Under the pieces are notes generated by a model. That model saw only the letters and a list, made by a program, of their open reading frames with translations, had not been told where the DNA came from and searched no databases. Source: Tubulanus polymorphus (Eukaryota > Animalia > Nemertea). Taken from it: 64,000 nt of DNA. The number at the start of each line of letters is the position of its first letter. Position 1 is the first letter of the stretch. Both the position numbers and the translations under genes were made by a program. The stretch is from contig NC_134032.1 in the NCBI RefSeq assembly GCF_964204645.1, forward strand, positions 7,180,275 to 7,244,274, in the 5' to 3' direction. Positions 24,560 to 38,640 of this stretch are shown piece by piece.

Positions 24560-25008
24560 CTGAAACGGAAAGTATTTTGTTAGTCTGATAATGAATCTTT
24601 TGTTTGCCAATACTTATTTATCATATGTGAATGATAATTGGTAATCACTACGTACCATATTGATAATTTCTGGTTAAGTAACATACTGATTGCCATGCCT
24701 CCCCGATAAGTTCCATGATTTATGACACTGCAGTTGATAATATTCCCAAAGACCGAGGCCAGTTGCTGAAAAGACGGAGTAAAGGCTCAGCATTATTCAA
24801 AATGCTAATAAACCCTTACCTAGTGAAAAATATCTTATCACACAGGGATAGTGCGTTTTTCAAGCATTTCTTAACGTTACCACCGGGATAAAATGCAGAA
24901 TCTTCACCCGCGTTCGACGTGATGTTGTTAAGCCTCAACAGAATACGGATAACCAGGTTCAGCTCAGACAAGGCCTAGTGGTCAACATGTTTTTTTCTAA
25001 TCATTTAA

Positions 25009-25800
25009 AGGCCGAGGAGCAGTATTAAAGCCCAATCAATGTCAAAGATAGCAGTACCCATGAAGCAATAGTGCAGTGGAGAGCTCCAACGGTTGAAACT
25101 GGAAATCTCCTATTTTCTCTGTCAGTTATCCGATTTGGACCCTCCTTTTTGTCAGACATATGTATTAATATGTAATATATTTATTTCTGCAGTCAAAAAT
25201 GTGTTTTAGGCCCTCCTCTACGAGAAATTAAGCTTTTTAGTTGGTATTTCCTTCAAAATTTGAATCTTTGAATGACATAGAGGGAGGAGTTATCCAGTGA
25301 ATTAGTGTAGCTCACAGAGCACATTAACAGTAATTTGATACCTTTAGTCATCAGTATACATCAACAAAACATAGCCTCATTCATAGTACCAAAATTTGGC
25401 AACATCAAAACTTTTTCTATGGTCCATGGATCAGTCTCGTACACTTGTTTAGCTATCTACCATCAATGTTGTGTCCAAATTTCATTGAAATCAGATAAAA
25501 ATTAATGATTTTCAAGAAATTTGAAATGTCTCTAAAATCTTTTATCTTGGCCCTATCTCTACAAAAAAAGATCGCTAGCATCAGATTTTCATTCCCACTA
25601 TGACTAGATTATTTAAAATTAGTTTAGAACTTGATATGAAAACTTTTATGAATTTTTCAAATTTAACTGTGTGTGACCTGCTTTTCTGTTGTGAGCCAAC
25701 CTCGCTCACTCTAAACATTATAAACAAGATAATGTAAAAGTGGGAGGGCCGATCTCAATTGTTTGCCACCCGGTTAACTAGCATCCATACTCCTCGGCCT
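25009..25800. mobile_element. Non-autonomous Kolobok-type element (792 bp)
   Basis: TTAA TSD (25005-25008, 25801-25804) and 11-bp TIR AGGCCGAGGAG / CTCCTCGGCCT with AG termini. Confidence 0.88.
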
Positions 25801-28800
25801 TTAAACATATTGTACACATCAACTGCTATGAATATAGGATTCAAAAAATTCATTATATGATTGTCAATTTTCAGACCAACAACGAAGAATAAAACACGCA
25901 TTTGTTAAATCTATACTGTCTAATAATTTGAACAAACTGTCTTTTATAAAAAAAACTCCATCAATTGATTATGGATGAGTCTAATGTCTATTTCAACCTG
26001 CCTTGAGAGCATTCCAGGTGGCCTAGCTCACTCAGTTTTGGTAGTACATACCTAGGTCTTAGTAGGACCAGAAAGGACAGGCAGTCGACCTAAATCAAAA
26101 TTTTTTAATCCATATGAAACTGTATTGAAGGATATCCAAAAAGTCTTTTCTGGTCCTAAGACATTTATCAGGTATGTACTACCAAAAATGAGCACGCTAG
26201 GCCACCCGGAATGCTCTCGATAGCGCAAGATTATAAGTAGCGCTTTAGTTGATTCATGACATAGAGGGATAGATTTTTGGTCAAAAGAGTATAGAATTAT
26301 CACTGCTTGGATATAGACCCAATTTCATAAACTAGACATGAGGAGACACTTATCATTGCATTTGGATTTAATAATTTACTTCAAAAATGCTGCCCAGATA
26401 ATGACATAACACTCACCACTAATTACATACACGTGTCTGTTGCCACACTGTAACAGATACACAGATGGAATCCTGAGTGGACACTAATTTAGAACACAAA
26501 CAAACAACTCTACCCACTTGTTCAAAACCAACTTAATGCAGGGGGTATAAACCTATTTTAGCCATTTTACACTGCACGATAATTCACATGGCATCTTAAA
26601 CGGTTTAAGGGTCCATGATTCAGCGAAGTTAAAACCGGTCAGAAGGCTATGCTATTCCATACTTGCAACGAGCAGTCCCGATTGCTTGTAGATATTTGAA
26701 ACGGAGTAGCATCGGTTCATTAAGCGCCTATCAGATCGAGTTTATTGGATTTTTTGCCTTTACCTAACACATATCGATGTACGAATGGACTTTGGCTAAA
26801 ATTGCCTTGGTTTATTTTCTGCTAAGGACGCTGTGGAAGTTTCAATTTCAATCCAAAATGAAAATAATGGAGGAATTAATGGGATAAATTTTTCAATTTC
26901 CAAGTCCATGAAAGAAAGGATGATGATTGCCATCCGGTGTTTAGATGTAATTATCGACCGGCTACACGAGTGAAATAGCAAGGAAGAAATTGAAAGATCG
27001 CTGAGCCCATCCGCAGTGCAACAATCGCCTTTAACAAGCAAGTACTGCAACGGCTTCATAGAGAATGTGGCAGAAGTGCTCATTATCATTCTATCATTAC
27101 CAGGTTATTGTTGCTGGGTTGCAAATGGTCTACAACACAAAGTTGCATTCGAAGACAGCCGTGTTTGGATAAGAAGAGATTCACACTTGTGGCCCCATGT
27201 GGAAGCACCAACAAAAATGTCAGCCAGAGAAGAACTATGAATAAAGTTGGCATGAGCAACTACGTGATAAGTTTAAACCCATGGCAACCCAAACGCAATT
27301 GGTTATCAAGACTAGATAACAGAAGTAGGGGAATTCCATAATAGACACGCTTATGCGAAGACTACCAGCCTATCTGGTATTGATGAATGTGACAGAACTT
27401 ATATGATGTATATACTGTATATGATACACCAACACTGGAAATTTGTTTAAAATTCAGTAAGATGATTCATTTATGATCCCTTCTAGGAATGATGAATTAG
27501 AATTCACTAATACATACAGAGAGATAGCTACCAAATAAGACAAAACTTAAACATAAAAGATGATTGATGACATTGAATTTGAATGTTCTGCAGATTTCCA
27601 CAGTGGGTGGAACTGTTTTAATCATGCATTATTTTTACATATAGTTTAATACTGTCAATAGGACTCTGCAAAATTTTGTCCACCAGGGCGGCAGCACTGT
27701 ACTAGAGGGCATTGTTTTTACTTCCTGGTTAGGGAATACCATAGACATTCTGTGAAAATAACACTGAATAAAAGCCGAAAATGCCTTTATATACCAATGT
27801 TCTCAAATTTCCTAAGGACATAAATAATAAAGGTCCAATGGCCCTGTGGCTCACCATTAAATCATTTAGTGCATATATTGTAAAAAATATTATACTAAAT
27901 ATAAACTAATTTGGATTGAAGATGTATGAGGCTGACAATATATGCGCCTGCAGATGTGTTAGAGTTCTGTGTATATTATCATTGCCATATACTGTATAAT
28001 TATATTGCGTCGGCTGACTGCTTACGCGGGTATATACGAATGTACTAGCGACGCAGTATTAGATTGGCCGTAATTTCACAAGTCAGAATACATCCATCCA
28101 CAAAATATACAAACATATACGGACTTATTTTTCTAGAAATAAAAAAATACCGGCTATGATTGGAAGACCCACTACGAACCCCGTCATTGGTATCATCATA
28201 CTTGCTAGTTCAGAATTGCAACTGAATTGAATAGCCTACTCGCTTATATTCGTGTCAACGAACAAAATTATAAGCAATCGTACAATACCTAATCGAATAA
28301 AATGTTCGCCATTTTGTCTTGGGTTTCAAATTAGGCTTTCCCAATTACATCAGAGACGCTGAAATTCCCGGAATTTCCCGTATATCCCACAAACAGCCAA
28401 TCACATCCATTGTAGCTCAGGTTACAAGGTCAACTCAAATAAATAGAAGCGAGGAAATTTAGGAGGTTTATAAAGTGAGGGCCTGTAGGTCGAAAAGTAC
28501 ATTGAGATCAGTCGAACTAAAAACGGCGACACTTCCAGGAAGGATTGAACTTTTATACATTTCAATTTCAAGCATGCAAATTGTCATATATAAAAACGTG
28601 CCATTACCAAATGCTAAAAAGCAGGGTTTTTGCGTGTTTTTCAAGAATAAGTCCCCTAAAAATAACTCGATCACTATGATATTTTCGTGGGCTCGAGAAC
28701 TCATTAAGCCAAACCATGAAACCAAAAATCAACACAATCGGTTCAACAGCCAATGTTTGTGCCTTGTTGACACACCGGTACTCTATTCATTTTCAATGAA

Positions 28801-28841
28801 AACTGCTTCATCAGACCGTTTGCATAGGCAAACCTACGGTT

Positions 28842-30303
28842 CGCCAAAAAAGACTCAAATGGAGAATAGCCATCAAAAGACTCCATTCAGAGACCAAAAA
28901 GATATGGGAGCCAGGAAAATGGTCAGGGGTTTGTTCTAAGCACTTCACAGCTGATTCCTAAAAGAACCTAGGATAATTAGGTAAGTAAAACTTAAACTAC
29001 AATGTAGAAAAATCATATTTTATGCATAACTGTAGGAGGTTGACATTGAAATAATGTAAAAAATTGTGCAGTAATAGACTCACACTGACAGAAGAGAGTG
29101 ACTAGTTTGTATTGTATGCTCTAGTATCTCGATCTATTTTATTTACAGCTGAAAGGAACAATTTGAAAGAGAATGCTGTGCCAACTATCTTCCAGTTTCG
29201 AGAGACACCAAAATCAAATACTGCTAGAGCTCCGAGGGCTAAGAAAAGGCGAAAGTTGTTTGCTGATGCAGATATAACTAATGTGGGTCGTGAGGTAGTC
29301 TACCCAGAACAACCTGAACCAGAGTCAGAGATTCAGGCAGATTACTCTGTTGAAGAAGAAAGGATTGGTGTGGATGTTGTAATTAGCTGTCACCTACTGA
29401 ATGATACCAACGCGCGTATGTCTGTGCATACATTTAAGGTTAATGCCGAAGCTATCCATTTTTACACTGGACTTGAAAACTATGAACATTTTTTGCAGTA
29501 CTAGGGGAAGCAGCCTATGACCTTTACGTATCAGAATGTAAATTAAACCTGAGGATCAACTATTCCTCACTCTCATCAAATTGCGCCAGGCGAAGGAAAA
29601 CATAGAACTTTCATTCATGTTTAATATAAGTGAAAGTACTGCGGGATCAATTATTGACCTCTGGATACGATTCATGTACTATCAGTTTAAAGAACTTGAT
29701 ATTTGGCCAAGTAAAGATAATATCGTGAATTACATGCCAAAAAATTTTGGGAAACAATTCGGAAAAACTCGAGTTATTCTAGATGCGACCGAGATCCCAA
29801 TAGCTAAGCCCTCAAATGTAACTGCCCAATCAGCAACTTTTTCTACTTATAAAAACAAAAAAACTTTAAAAACAATGATAGGTATAACACCACACGGTAT
29901 GGTGTCATACATAAGTGACAGCTATGGAGGGTCCAGTTCTGATCGGCAAATTATCGAAAGATCCCCACTTGTAACTGAGAAGAATAATTATTTTGCGAGA
30001 GGGGATTCCATTATGTCTGACCATGGAATAATAATTCAAGACTTATTTGACACTTTTGCTGTCAAAGTGAATACCCCACACATGCTGAAAGGAAAAAGTC
30101 AGTTAGATCCTGAAGATGTAGTTTATGATAGGCGTATTGCTTCGAAGAGAATCCATGTGGAGCGAGTCATTGGTTTAGCAAAAACGTATAAGATCTTGGA
30201 AAGGCCTCTGGGTCCATATAAAACACAAATGGGTTCCTTCATTAAATATATTTGCTGTGTTCTGGTCAACTTCAGACCATCCATTGTTGACCGAGAAGCA
30301 TAA
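28842..30303 (+). pseudogene. THAP + HTH + DDE_Tnp_4 transposase (ISL2EU)
   Basis: THAP C-half RLKWRIAIKR...WEPGKWSGVCSKHF, intron ~28981-29148, then LKENAVPTIF and IHFYTGL. Further motifs: QLFLTLIKLRQ, RVILDATEIPI (D1), TFSTYKNKKTLKTMIGITPHG, MSDHG (D2), RIHVERVIG (E). Internal stops near 28958 and at 29502. Confidence 0.9.
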
Positions 30304-30429
30304 ATAATGAGCAGTTATCTAATCAAATTGACTAAAATCAATGTTAAATTCATCTAAAACTAAATGTATTATATTATACAAATGTAAAATTGTGTATTAC
30401 AATACTTTACAATAAATGTTTTGCCAAAT

Positions 30430-30796
30430 ACTTTTTATATATATTTTCGTAGAATTCCTCTTAATTTGGAAGTAGCTTCATTTCACAAAATGATTTATTG
30501 TATGTGATTTTTTCAACATGCAAATCTTTGAACGTATACACTATGAAGTAGCAAACATCACGGCCAGTTATATGCAGTTGACCCTGAATCTGATAATAAT
30601 AGTTTGTCCTCAAAGACATTGATTCATCATCATTCAGTTGGAGGTATGGAAATTTATTATTTGGGAAAATTTCATCGTGTTTTCCAACATATGAACATTT
30701 CGCTTCAACAAGAGAATCATCATTGATTAGTCCATCTGGTGTCGCTGCAAGGTAAGGTTTTACAACACAGATGAACAACCCAGATTCCAACACTTT
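30430..30796 (-). pseudogene. YqaJ exonuclease 3' half (ISL2EU accessory gene)
   Basis: ESGLFI...PYLAATPDGLINDDSLVEAKCSY...YYYQIQGQLHITGRDVCYFIVYT. Confidence 0.9.
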
Positions 30797-30941
30797 TTAA
30801 CCATCCGCTAGGATTAGTACGACTTGCTTCCATTCGGCAGCAGTCTTTTCATCGCGAGTTTTGTGTCGTTTGTTGATTAGTTCACCAAAATTCTGATCTG
30901 CTTCTACTACAGAAAACTGTCTTGTTAATATTTGTATTAGT

Positions 30942-33900
30942 ATGGTGTACTGTGTGGCATTCAACTGCACAAACAGTTCAGAATCAGGGCTGGATGGAGT
31001 AAGTTTTCATCGATTTCCTTTGAAGGACAAGAAAAGGCTTTTGAAATGGACTGCCGCATTGAAGCTGAAGAACTTCACCCCGACTGTTCATTCCCATTTG
31101 TGTAGTGACCATTTTTCGGATAATGCTTTTAAGATTCCACCGTCTATCGCTTTGTCAATTGGTTACAAATCCGAACGTTTTCGTTTAAATGGTGATGTCG
31201 TCCCTACGATTTTTAATTTTGATAAACATCATAATGGTACTTCATCACATTCACCACAGACACCAATAGCTAGTACGTCCAGTGGTAGACCAAGCAAAGC
31301 CATGGAGAAGAGAGATCATGTAAAGGTAGGTTGATAAACAATTAAATTTACGTAATTCTCGGTTTGCACTGCCCAAAGCAATGCGATGCCAAATTGAATC
31401 CCATTTTCTTTCAGTGACAGTGCTATTTTAATTTTTAACTTGTTTTATGTCTGCTTTTAGATAGTGAAAGATCTAATGTCAAGTCCAAGAAAAGAGAAAG
31501 TTGTGCCTGTTGTAGATAGTAGTCTCATCGAAGAACCTTCAGTACCAATCCCTTCATTGGATAACATTGATGACTGGCCTACCATTTAGAAGTATCGGGA
31601 CAAATACTGGCATGGTTGTAAGTGATTGTGTATTCCTATACTTAGCCCATCTAATTGTAATTGCCCCACAACCCTATTTTCAGTTTTCAGAATGTTTTTT
31701 TAACTAGGTGTTTGTATAAATCAATTTTCAGGAACATCATAATCAGTTAGTACAGTGCAACATCAAGCCTAAATCATCATCAAAACGTAGTCAGACGGAT
31801 GGAATAAATTTTCAATCGGATAAGAGTGTTCAGTGTGAACTCCTGGAATCTGAAACAGCAAATGATGATTTCCATGACAGTGATATTGAAAGTGATGATG
31901 AACCTGATGATGAATTTTACGACCCTACGTGGGATCCCAATGATGAAGATTCAGAGTAAGTCTAAACATATTATTTTATTGCAAAATTGAAAATGGCATT
32001 TTTTATAAGCATTTCTGTTTTGATTATCAATGAATAACATATTGTCACATGGAAACCCTGGAGAGATCAAGTATATTTTTCAGTTTTCTTTAGCGTGAAA
32101 CCCTACGTAGTTAATCTTATGGTTTGAATTTTATTCTTATTTTCTGCAGCGGTGAAGACGTCGATGCTGGTGAATTCCCCGATGTCAGCACAAGTGCTAA
32201 TTTTGACGATCCCCAAAATGAAAAAAAATTCATTTGTTTTGAATCTGCTTTTGTTTCGTTACTGTCGGTATGTCACGAGTGCCTTTCACCATGCAAGATA
32301 ACAAAACGTTATACGACAGGATCGTCGGTGACTATTTGTTTGGGTGAACAAGCTCATTTTCGGGTCTGGTCCTCCCAGCCAAGACATCAGAAAATGCCCA
32401 TTGGAAACTTGTTGATTGCAGCCGGTGTATTTTTCGGGGCATTGAGCCCTACCAAATTCGTTAATTTCTGCAAGAACCTAGGACTATCTATGTTTGGTGT
32501 TCGCCATTATTTCAAGTTGCAGTCGAGTTACCTCTGTATGGCAGTTGATAACGTTTGGAAATCGTGTCAAAAACAATTGATAGAGGAGAGAAAAACTGTC
32601 GAGAAGACATTGATTCTAGGTGGAGATGGAAGGTGTGACTCGAGAGGACACACAGCCAAATAAGGTTCTTATTCGTTAATGGATATGGTTGACTCTAAGA
32701 TTCTTGACTTCCAGCTAGTACAGGTAATTCATAGATCATTCTACTCACAATTCAGGTTTTAGATTTGTCATATTATTTAAGGTGGCACTGGTAATATTCC
32801 ATGTGACTTCACTAGATGTGTTGAATCAGCGCTTTCATATGCGTGCTGTAAAGAAAATCAGTGCAATTTTTTTCAGAGCAACGAAGTAATTAGTTCGAAC
32901 GTAATGGAGTTGGAAGGTTTCAAACGATCCTTAGACTATTTAGTAAACTCGAGTAAACTCAATGTTGATCAAATAACAACTGACAGACATCAACGGATAA
33001 AGAAGTATTTAAGGCAAAACCACCCCACTATACAACAGTGGTTTGATGGCTGGCACTTAGCAAAAGATAATATTCTGTTGTTTTGTCATCAGCTTTTATG
33101 AATTAGGTTCCGGTTTTAGGTGACATATGTCGAAGATCAAAATTTCATAATTTTCAGGAAAAAAAGGCTAAAACCAAAAAGTTTGCTACCCTGAAGGATT
33201 GGTCGAAAGCATTGAGTAATCACATGTATTGGGTCGGTGGAAGCAGTGGAGGCGATGCAGAGTTGGTTGTTGACAAATGGAAGTTATTAATTAATCACGT
33301 TGCTGACATACACGAACATGACAGTGCGAAGTTCAAAACTTGCGCGCATGGAGATTTAGAGTCAAGAAACTGGATTAAGAAAGGTAAGATCAAAATACAG
33401 GTTGAGATATTGATATTTCAAATTATTTTCTTTTTTCAAATCCTACCTCATACATGTCATATTTTATTTCAGGTTCTGCTGCCCATAAAGTATTAAAAAG
33501 TATAGTCCCGGCGAAAGGTCTTCTTACAGATATCGGGAAGATATCACCAGCTGCGCAAACTTCCAGTATCGAGTCGTATCATCGCCTGGTTGTACACTTT
33601 GCGCCAAAGGATCAACATTATTTCTTTGATTCCATGAATGCAAGGTAATTGATGATAAATACATATATTTCAAAAATATTTGTATTCTAGTAATTCTAAT
33701 CACTGATGATATTCTCATTTTTGGTGGGAGACAGGTCTATGATTGAATTACAAGTTTTTTAACTGTTCCTTTTCATTTGTAGACTTTAACTATCAGCTTT
33801 ACACTTCAATGAAAATAGCAATCGTGAACAGGCAGTCACCACAAATGGAAGTGAGCAGTTTCAGCTTTATTTCTCGAAACATAAAGATGGCGCACCAGTG

Positions 33901-35236
33901 GCTAAACAAGTTAAAGTTCCTATGACATTTAGTAAGTTCAATCAATTCTTCGGTCCCAAAATATCTTCAAATGTGTAAAAAGCATTGTTTTTCTGAAATA
34001 ATCTGTTAACCAGGGATGAGAACGCCGACCTGTAAAATCCGTGGGTTTTTTTCTTGAGTTACACACGCGAACAAGTTGACGGCATAGCCGTCAGCACTAG
34101 CGAGCGCCGAAAAGCGCGAAGCTATTTCGGGAGGTTTGGCGGCCCTCCCCAAAGAAAATTATAGAAATTAAATGCGTTTTCCGAGCACTTAGAGCGATCT
34201 TGAACCCATGAACGACTATCATATTTTGGAAGGTAATGGCTAGTTCCAATGTGGTACATCCTCATTCGATGACATTCAACATCTCATGCATTATGGGTCG
34301 AGCCCTGAATTATTGCAATAAATATGCGCCGATGAATGCTCACTAAAAATCACCCAGTAGTGTATAATATCCGAAGACGTTCGCCACACACGCGCGGCAA
34401 CAGTAAGTAGGCCTATATACATTACTACTGTTGCCGCACGCGCGGTTCGGCAACCGATCGATAAAATACATACACACTCATCAAGATCGTAGTACAAATG
34501 TAGATACAAAATCACTGTGCTGCAATGAATATGCATTGATATACGATACTTTTACGAGACGATGAGTAAAACAGGCACTGAACGCTTTTACGGTTCACCT
34601 GATTACCGATCGCGCCGAACCAATTGAGTGAGATCATCCCCCCATACTTTTACATCATTTTTGGACTATTTGGAAAATTGATATTTTTCAATACCAAAAT
34701 CCGCAGGAAACCGCGGATCGGCGGGGAATTCTCATCCCTGGTTAACAAAGTAGAATCTCAGGGAAGCCGTTAGGTACATACATATTACGGTATACCAAAT
34801 TTCAATTCTACGATTTCTCATTTCAGTAGGTAGGCCTCACTGATTTAGCAAATTAGAAACAAGCTAATAATGATAAACATAAACCAATGAACCCAGAAAT
34901 GTACCCGTTAGGTACATACATATTACGGTATACCAAATTTCAATTCTAAGATTTCTCATTTCAGACTATGTCTCTCAGTGCTACAGTGAAGTTTGGCATG
35001 TGCGAAAACAATCCACAATTTCAGAGGCATCTGATGTGTGGAAGACGATTACCCCAAAGATGGAACATTTAGCAGATCAATACGACCGGTCTGATATCAC
35101 AAAAGAAGAAGTAATCCTAACTCACATCAGTAGATTCCAATTGCCAGTGAAATCACCTTGTGAATATGGAAAAAAACGGAATGCTACAATAGTTGAATCG
35201 CCTCCTACACCAAAGCGTCCATGCCGAAAGAAATGA
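30942..35236 (+). pseudogene. Kolobok THAP-DDE transposase, about 9 exons
   Basis: THAP MVYCVAFNC...FHRFP...W...LCSDHF...VVPTIF. Then KFICFES..CHEC, WSSQP, GNLLIAA, LGGDGRCDSRGHTAK*GSYSLMD (nonsense at 32661), SNVMELEG, TTDRH, FDGWH, NHMYW, QTSSIESYH...FAPK and LHFNEN. GT-AG introns lie between the ORF pieces. Confidence 0.88.
34011..34740. mobile_element. 730-bp MITE with CAGGG termini (hAT/P-like), in a Kolobok intron
   Basis: TIR CAGGGATGAGAA / TTCTCATCCCTG. GTTAAC on both flanks (6-bp duplication, itself palindromic). Confidence 0.85.
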
Positions 35237-35410
35237 ACTGAACTAAAATCAATGCTTTGAAAAAACAAATGCAATTACTGTAATTGAAAAATTACTTCAT
35301 CAAATACTTTTCCCATTCTTGATTTATTTTAATACTGAAAATCTTGACTTATTTTTAATACTAATTATGAAAATATCAAAACATTGTATCGGATTATCCT
35401 CGTAAAAATT

Positions 35411-38075
35411 TTATGGAATCTCTGGGTATTTGAATCCACAATATAACTGATCTACAGCTGGCCAGGTTAATCGGATCATTGAAACGACGCTTGATGGTAG
35501 AATTTTGCGGTTTTTTTTGCCGAGTCTGCCCCAAACCCATCTCACAAAACGTCTGTATGCAATATAACAGAAAAGTCTGAAAATAGAATGGATATACATT
35601 ACACACATTAGCCTTGTATTTTCTGCGATCTCGCAAGTGCCTGCCATTCGGGGTAGGGTATGTTGATTTTTTTTTTGTACAGAGAATTCATTAATAATAT
35701 TGCAAGTTGTATTAATAGTAATAAAGAAGTTTATATCCTGATTTTAAATACAAAATTTAAGTTTATTCCTATTTCTTCATTCGCTTTTCATTTGGACTTA
35801 CTCATGCAGAGGTTCTTCATCACCAATTGGACCAGAGTCAAATGCATAATCATAAAAAGACACTTTGAGCACATCGGGATCCAGGCAGTTAACTATAAAT
35901 CGGTGTACTTCGGTAACGCAAGTTTTGTCTGCAGTTGCCATTATTTCTGAGAGTTTGTGGAACTCTTTGCAACATACACATTCGCAGGGAGTTTGCATTG
36001 GGGAGCAAACATACATGCCAGTGCTGTTTCTACATGAGCACCTAAAATTTTAAAAAAATTGAAAGTAATTTCTTTAGACTGGCTGGAACATTATGAGAGG
36101 TTTGCCTGGCAAAAACTAGTGGCTTTTTACCGGTACTAAATAAATTTAATTTGCATTGAATTGAATATTAGTTACGCGAAATTTACCAACACAAGCCACG
36201 CAGTAACAATTCTTAATGGAAAGTTGTATTTTCCTTATCTTGTAAATTTACATTTCATGATATCTAATTTCACCACGAATTAAAGGCTGGCTTATGTCGA
36301 CAAGCAACGCGACGCCTACCGACTCCTACCGACGCAACTGAGAGCAACCGCTATCGCAGCCCAGCTCGACTGCGCTCCGATTCGCAGCAACTGAGGCCGA
36401 CTAGCGGGATATGGGATCCTCCCAGTTGCTTCCCAGCTGATGTCGGTTGCAATTACTAGCAACTGCAACGGCTGAAATGGTCACGTGATAAGCATTTTGA
36501 GAATAAATTTGAATTATTAGGAAATATACTTCTATTAGAAAAGCTATTTCTTTAAGACTTTGATCTTTCTGATTCTGTTTTGAATACGTGCTAGCGACAT
36601 CTATAAAGATGACCGCTCACACCATAATTATACCAATTTCGTTGCTAGACGTATCGGCCCCACTCCGCGCGGTTGCGCCATTTACGCGAAGCAGCAAACA
36701 CAGACATGGCCACTCTCTCAATTTTCAATGATAGAAATCGTGTGTGCATTTCAATTATTTCGGCTGTTAGGGTTTTAGGGCACAATTTAAGTTGATGATG
36801 TGATATGGCGATGTTAATTAATGATAATTCCGCAGTGAAGCTAGTCACGAACGGTGCCGATTGAGTGTACAGCTGCCAAAAACACTGAAATGTGCGTAGT
36901 TGTGTAACTATTTGCAGTGAATTGCAGACGAAACATGAAGCCTTAACGGCCGTTTAAAAAAAAATTATACCAATCGCAATTGTAAAATAAAAATGAGATA
37001 GAACCTAAGTTAAAATTCTGGCCATTTCTAAAATGTTATTACTAATTCTTAGTCAGTGCCGAACGTTTAGTTTTCCAACAATAATGAGGGGTGGTAGGTA
37101 GTCATGCAATTCAAGTCATCATTTATTGCACGTTACTTCCGTGTTGTTGAAAATCTCGCGAGTCCTGGACCAAACCCCATTGAACAATATAATCTGTGTG
37201 CTGGCCACAAATGCACACAGATCACACTACACTACCCATTACACACACCAGTACCCACAGCTTTCATATATCCATCCAAATATTTAGAGTGTCTTTCTTC
37301 CTGTATCTTCGGTCCAGTCCTCTGCCATGCTGAAGTTTGAACTTCTTGAATTTGAAAGTTTATGACCAATTATGAATGACGCTAACTAGCGGTGATAATT
37401 TGTACTATGTATATGCGGTCTCTCATTGGCTGGAACCCCTCCGTCGCGTCGCAGATGAGCTTATGTCGGCTGCGATCGTAAGCAACTGCCCGCCTACCGT
37501 AGGCCGGAGTAGAACATGGGCAACTAGCCGCATACGGCTTGCGACGAGTCGGTAGGCGTCGCGTTGCCGTCGCAAGCCGGCTTATGTCGAACCGATTGAG
37601 GAGCAACTGGCGGCCTCTCGTAGGACGCTAATCGGCGATAAACCCAGTTGCGTCGGTAGGCGTCGCGTTGCTTGTCAACATAAGCCAGCCTTAAAACTAC
37701 TGAACCGGTGCCCTTCTTTTCGGTGTTGTGTAGGTAGGCCTCGCTGATGTAGCGAATTAGAAACAAGCTAATAATAATAAATATAAACCAATGAACCCAG
37801 AAATGGTCGTCGAAGTATTAATATTATTCATTTTACTATATTTGCTACTGAGTTGTGTTTATTTTGTTCATTTGAACTACTTACCAATCCGTATTGTCTG
37901 CCCTTTGTTCAAATTCTTCTACGCCGCCGTCGTCGTCACTACTACTATTGTCGTCAGATGAACTTGATTCACGGTCGGCTTTGTCGTCAGAATTATGTCT
38001 TTTGACTGGTTCAAACATGTATGGTTGAATATTATTATCAGTGAATTCCAAATCACTGAACCCATCGTCTGACAT
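35411..38075 (-). CDS. Kolobok accessory protein KolX, similar to the P2X7 intracellular ballast domain; 3 exons (~38075-37886, ~36042-35803, ~35577-35411)
   Basis: IQPYMFEP...RADNTDW|CSC...CSPMQTPCECVCCKE...CVT...FIVNCLDPDVL...PLHE|...YIAYRRFVRWVWGRLGKKNRKILPSSVVSMIR..WP...YCGFK, the Cys-rich P2X7-C-terminal-like signature. Intactness not verified. Confidence 0.82.
36284..37691. mobile_element. Non-autonomous PIF/Harbinger element (1408 bp), in the KolX intron
   Basis: ~40-bp TIR AGGCTGGCTTATGT(C/T)GACAAGCAACGCGACGCCTACCGAC. TAA TSD (36281-36283, 37692-37694). Subterminal gcttatgtcg repeats. Confidence 0.93.
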
Positions 38076-38378
38076 TTGAGGTCTTTTGTTAAGAAGCTTT
38101 TGTTAAGAACAACGACAATGACTAAGATACAATGAATGGCACTCTATGTTGTTTAGCACCAATCACGTCATAATCCACGCCATCTTCCCATTGAAGTAAG
38201 GAACTAACACAGCTATTTTTAGCAGAAAATCGGAGGCTTGAAGACAAGTTTAAAACCATTTCTTTACTGACAAACTTATTTTTGACATGTAAAATTTATA
38301 TTTTCATGAATATTGAACATATACCTAACATTGATAAAGAAACTATGGGAAGTCAGGATGATGTCATGTGCTCTTTAA

Positions 38379-38640
38379 GCGTCTTCAAAATTTCCCTCAA
38401 AAAGTGTAAAAAGTGCTGATTTTGACGAACAACAATGGCTGCTGGTCGGCCATCTGACAGGGCCAGTTTTTGGGCTGAAGATGTGTCTAGAGTAGATACA
38501 TGTATAAACTAAATATCAAGACATTACCTCGAAGCGTCATCAAAACTTCCCAAAATAACTGGATTCGGTCTACGGACGGACGGACGGACGAAAAGTGAAT
38601 GCAATAGCCCGCTGGGACTAAAGTCCCAAGTGGGCTAAAA
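38379..38640 (+). mobile_element. 3' remnant of the Helentron-type element found complete at 42700-43780
   Basis: Matches 43508-43780, including the (ACGG)n microsatellite and the terminal hairpin gcccgctgggactaaagtcccaagtgggc. Confidence 0.88.

Larger units (their letters stand above)
30801..38374. mobile_element. Kolobok DNA transposon; left TIR missing
   Basis: Right end ...catgtgctct followed by TTAA (38375-38378). Convergent THAP-DDE and KolX-like genes. No matching agagcac left end; the element starts abruptly after a TTAA at 30797-30800. Confidence 0.85.

Noticed and set aside
26648-27745. Element bounded by ctatgctattcc / ggaataccatag with a degenerate reading frame at ~26890-27340
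   Set aside because: Only an 11/12-bp inverted match, no convincing TSD and no recognisable domain.
30942-31334. Stand-alone host THAP transcription factor
   Set aside because: A splice donor at ~31327 links it to downstream Kolobok DDE exons.
35411-38075. Host P2X7 receptor gene
   Set aside because: No channel or transmembrane region; only the ballast-like domain, and it lies inside a Kolobok element.
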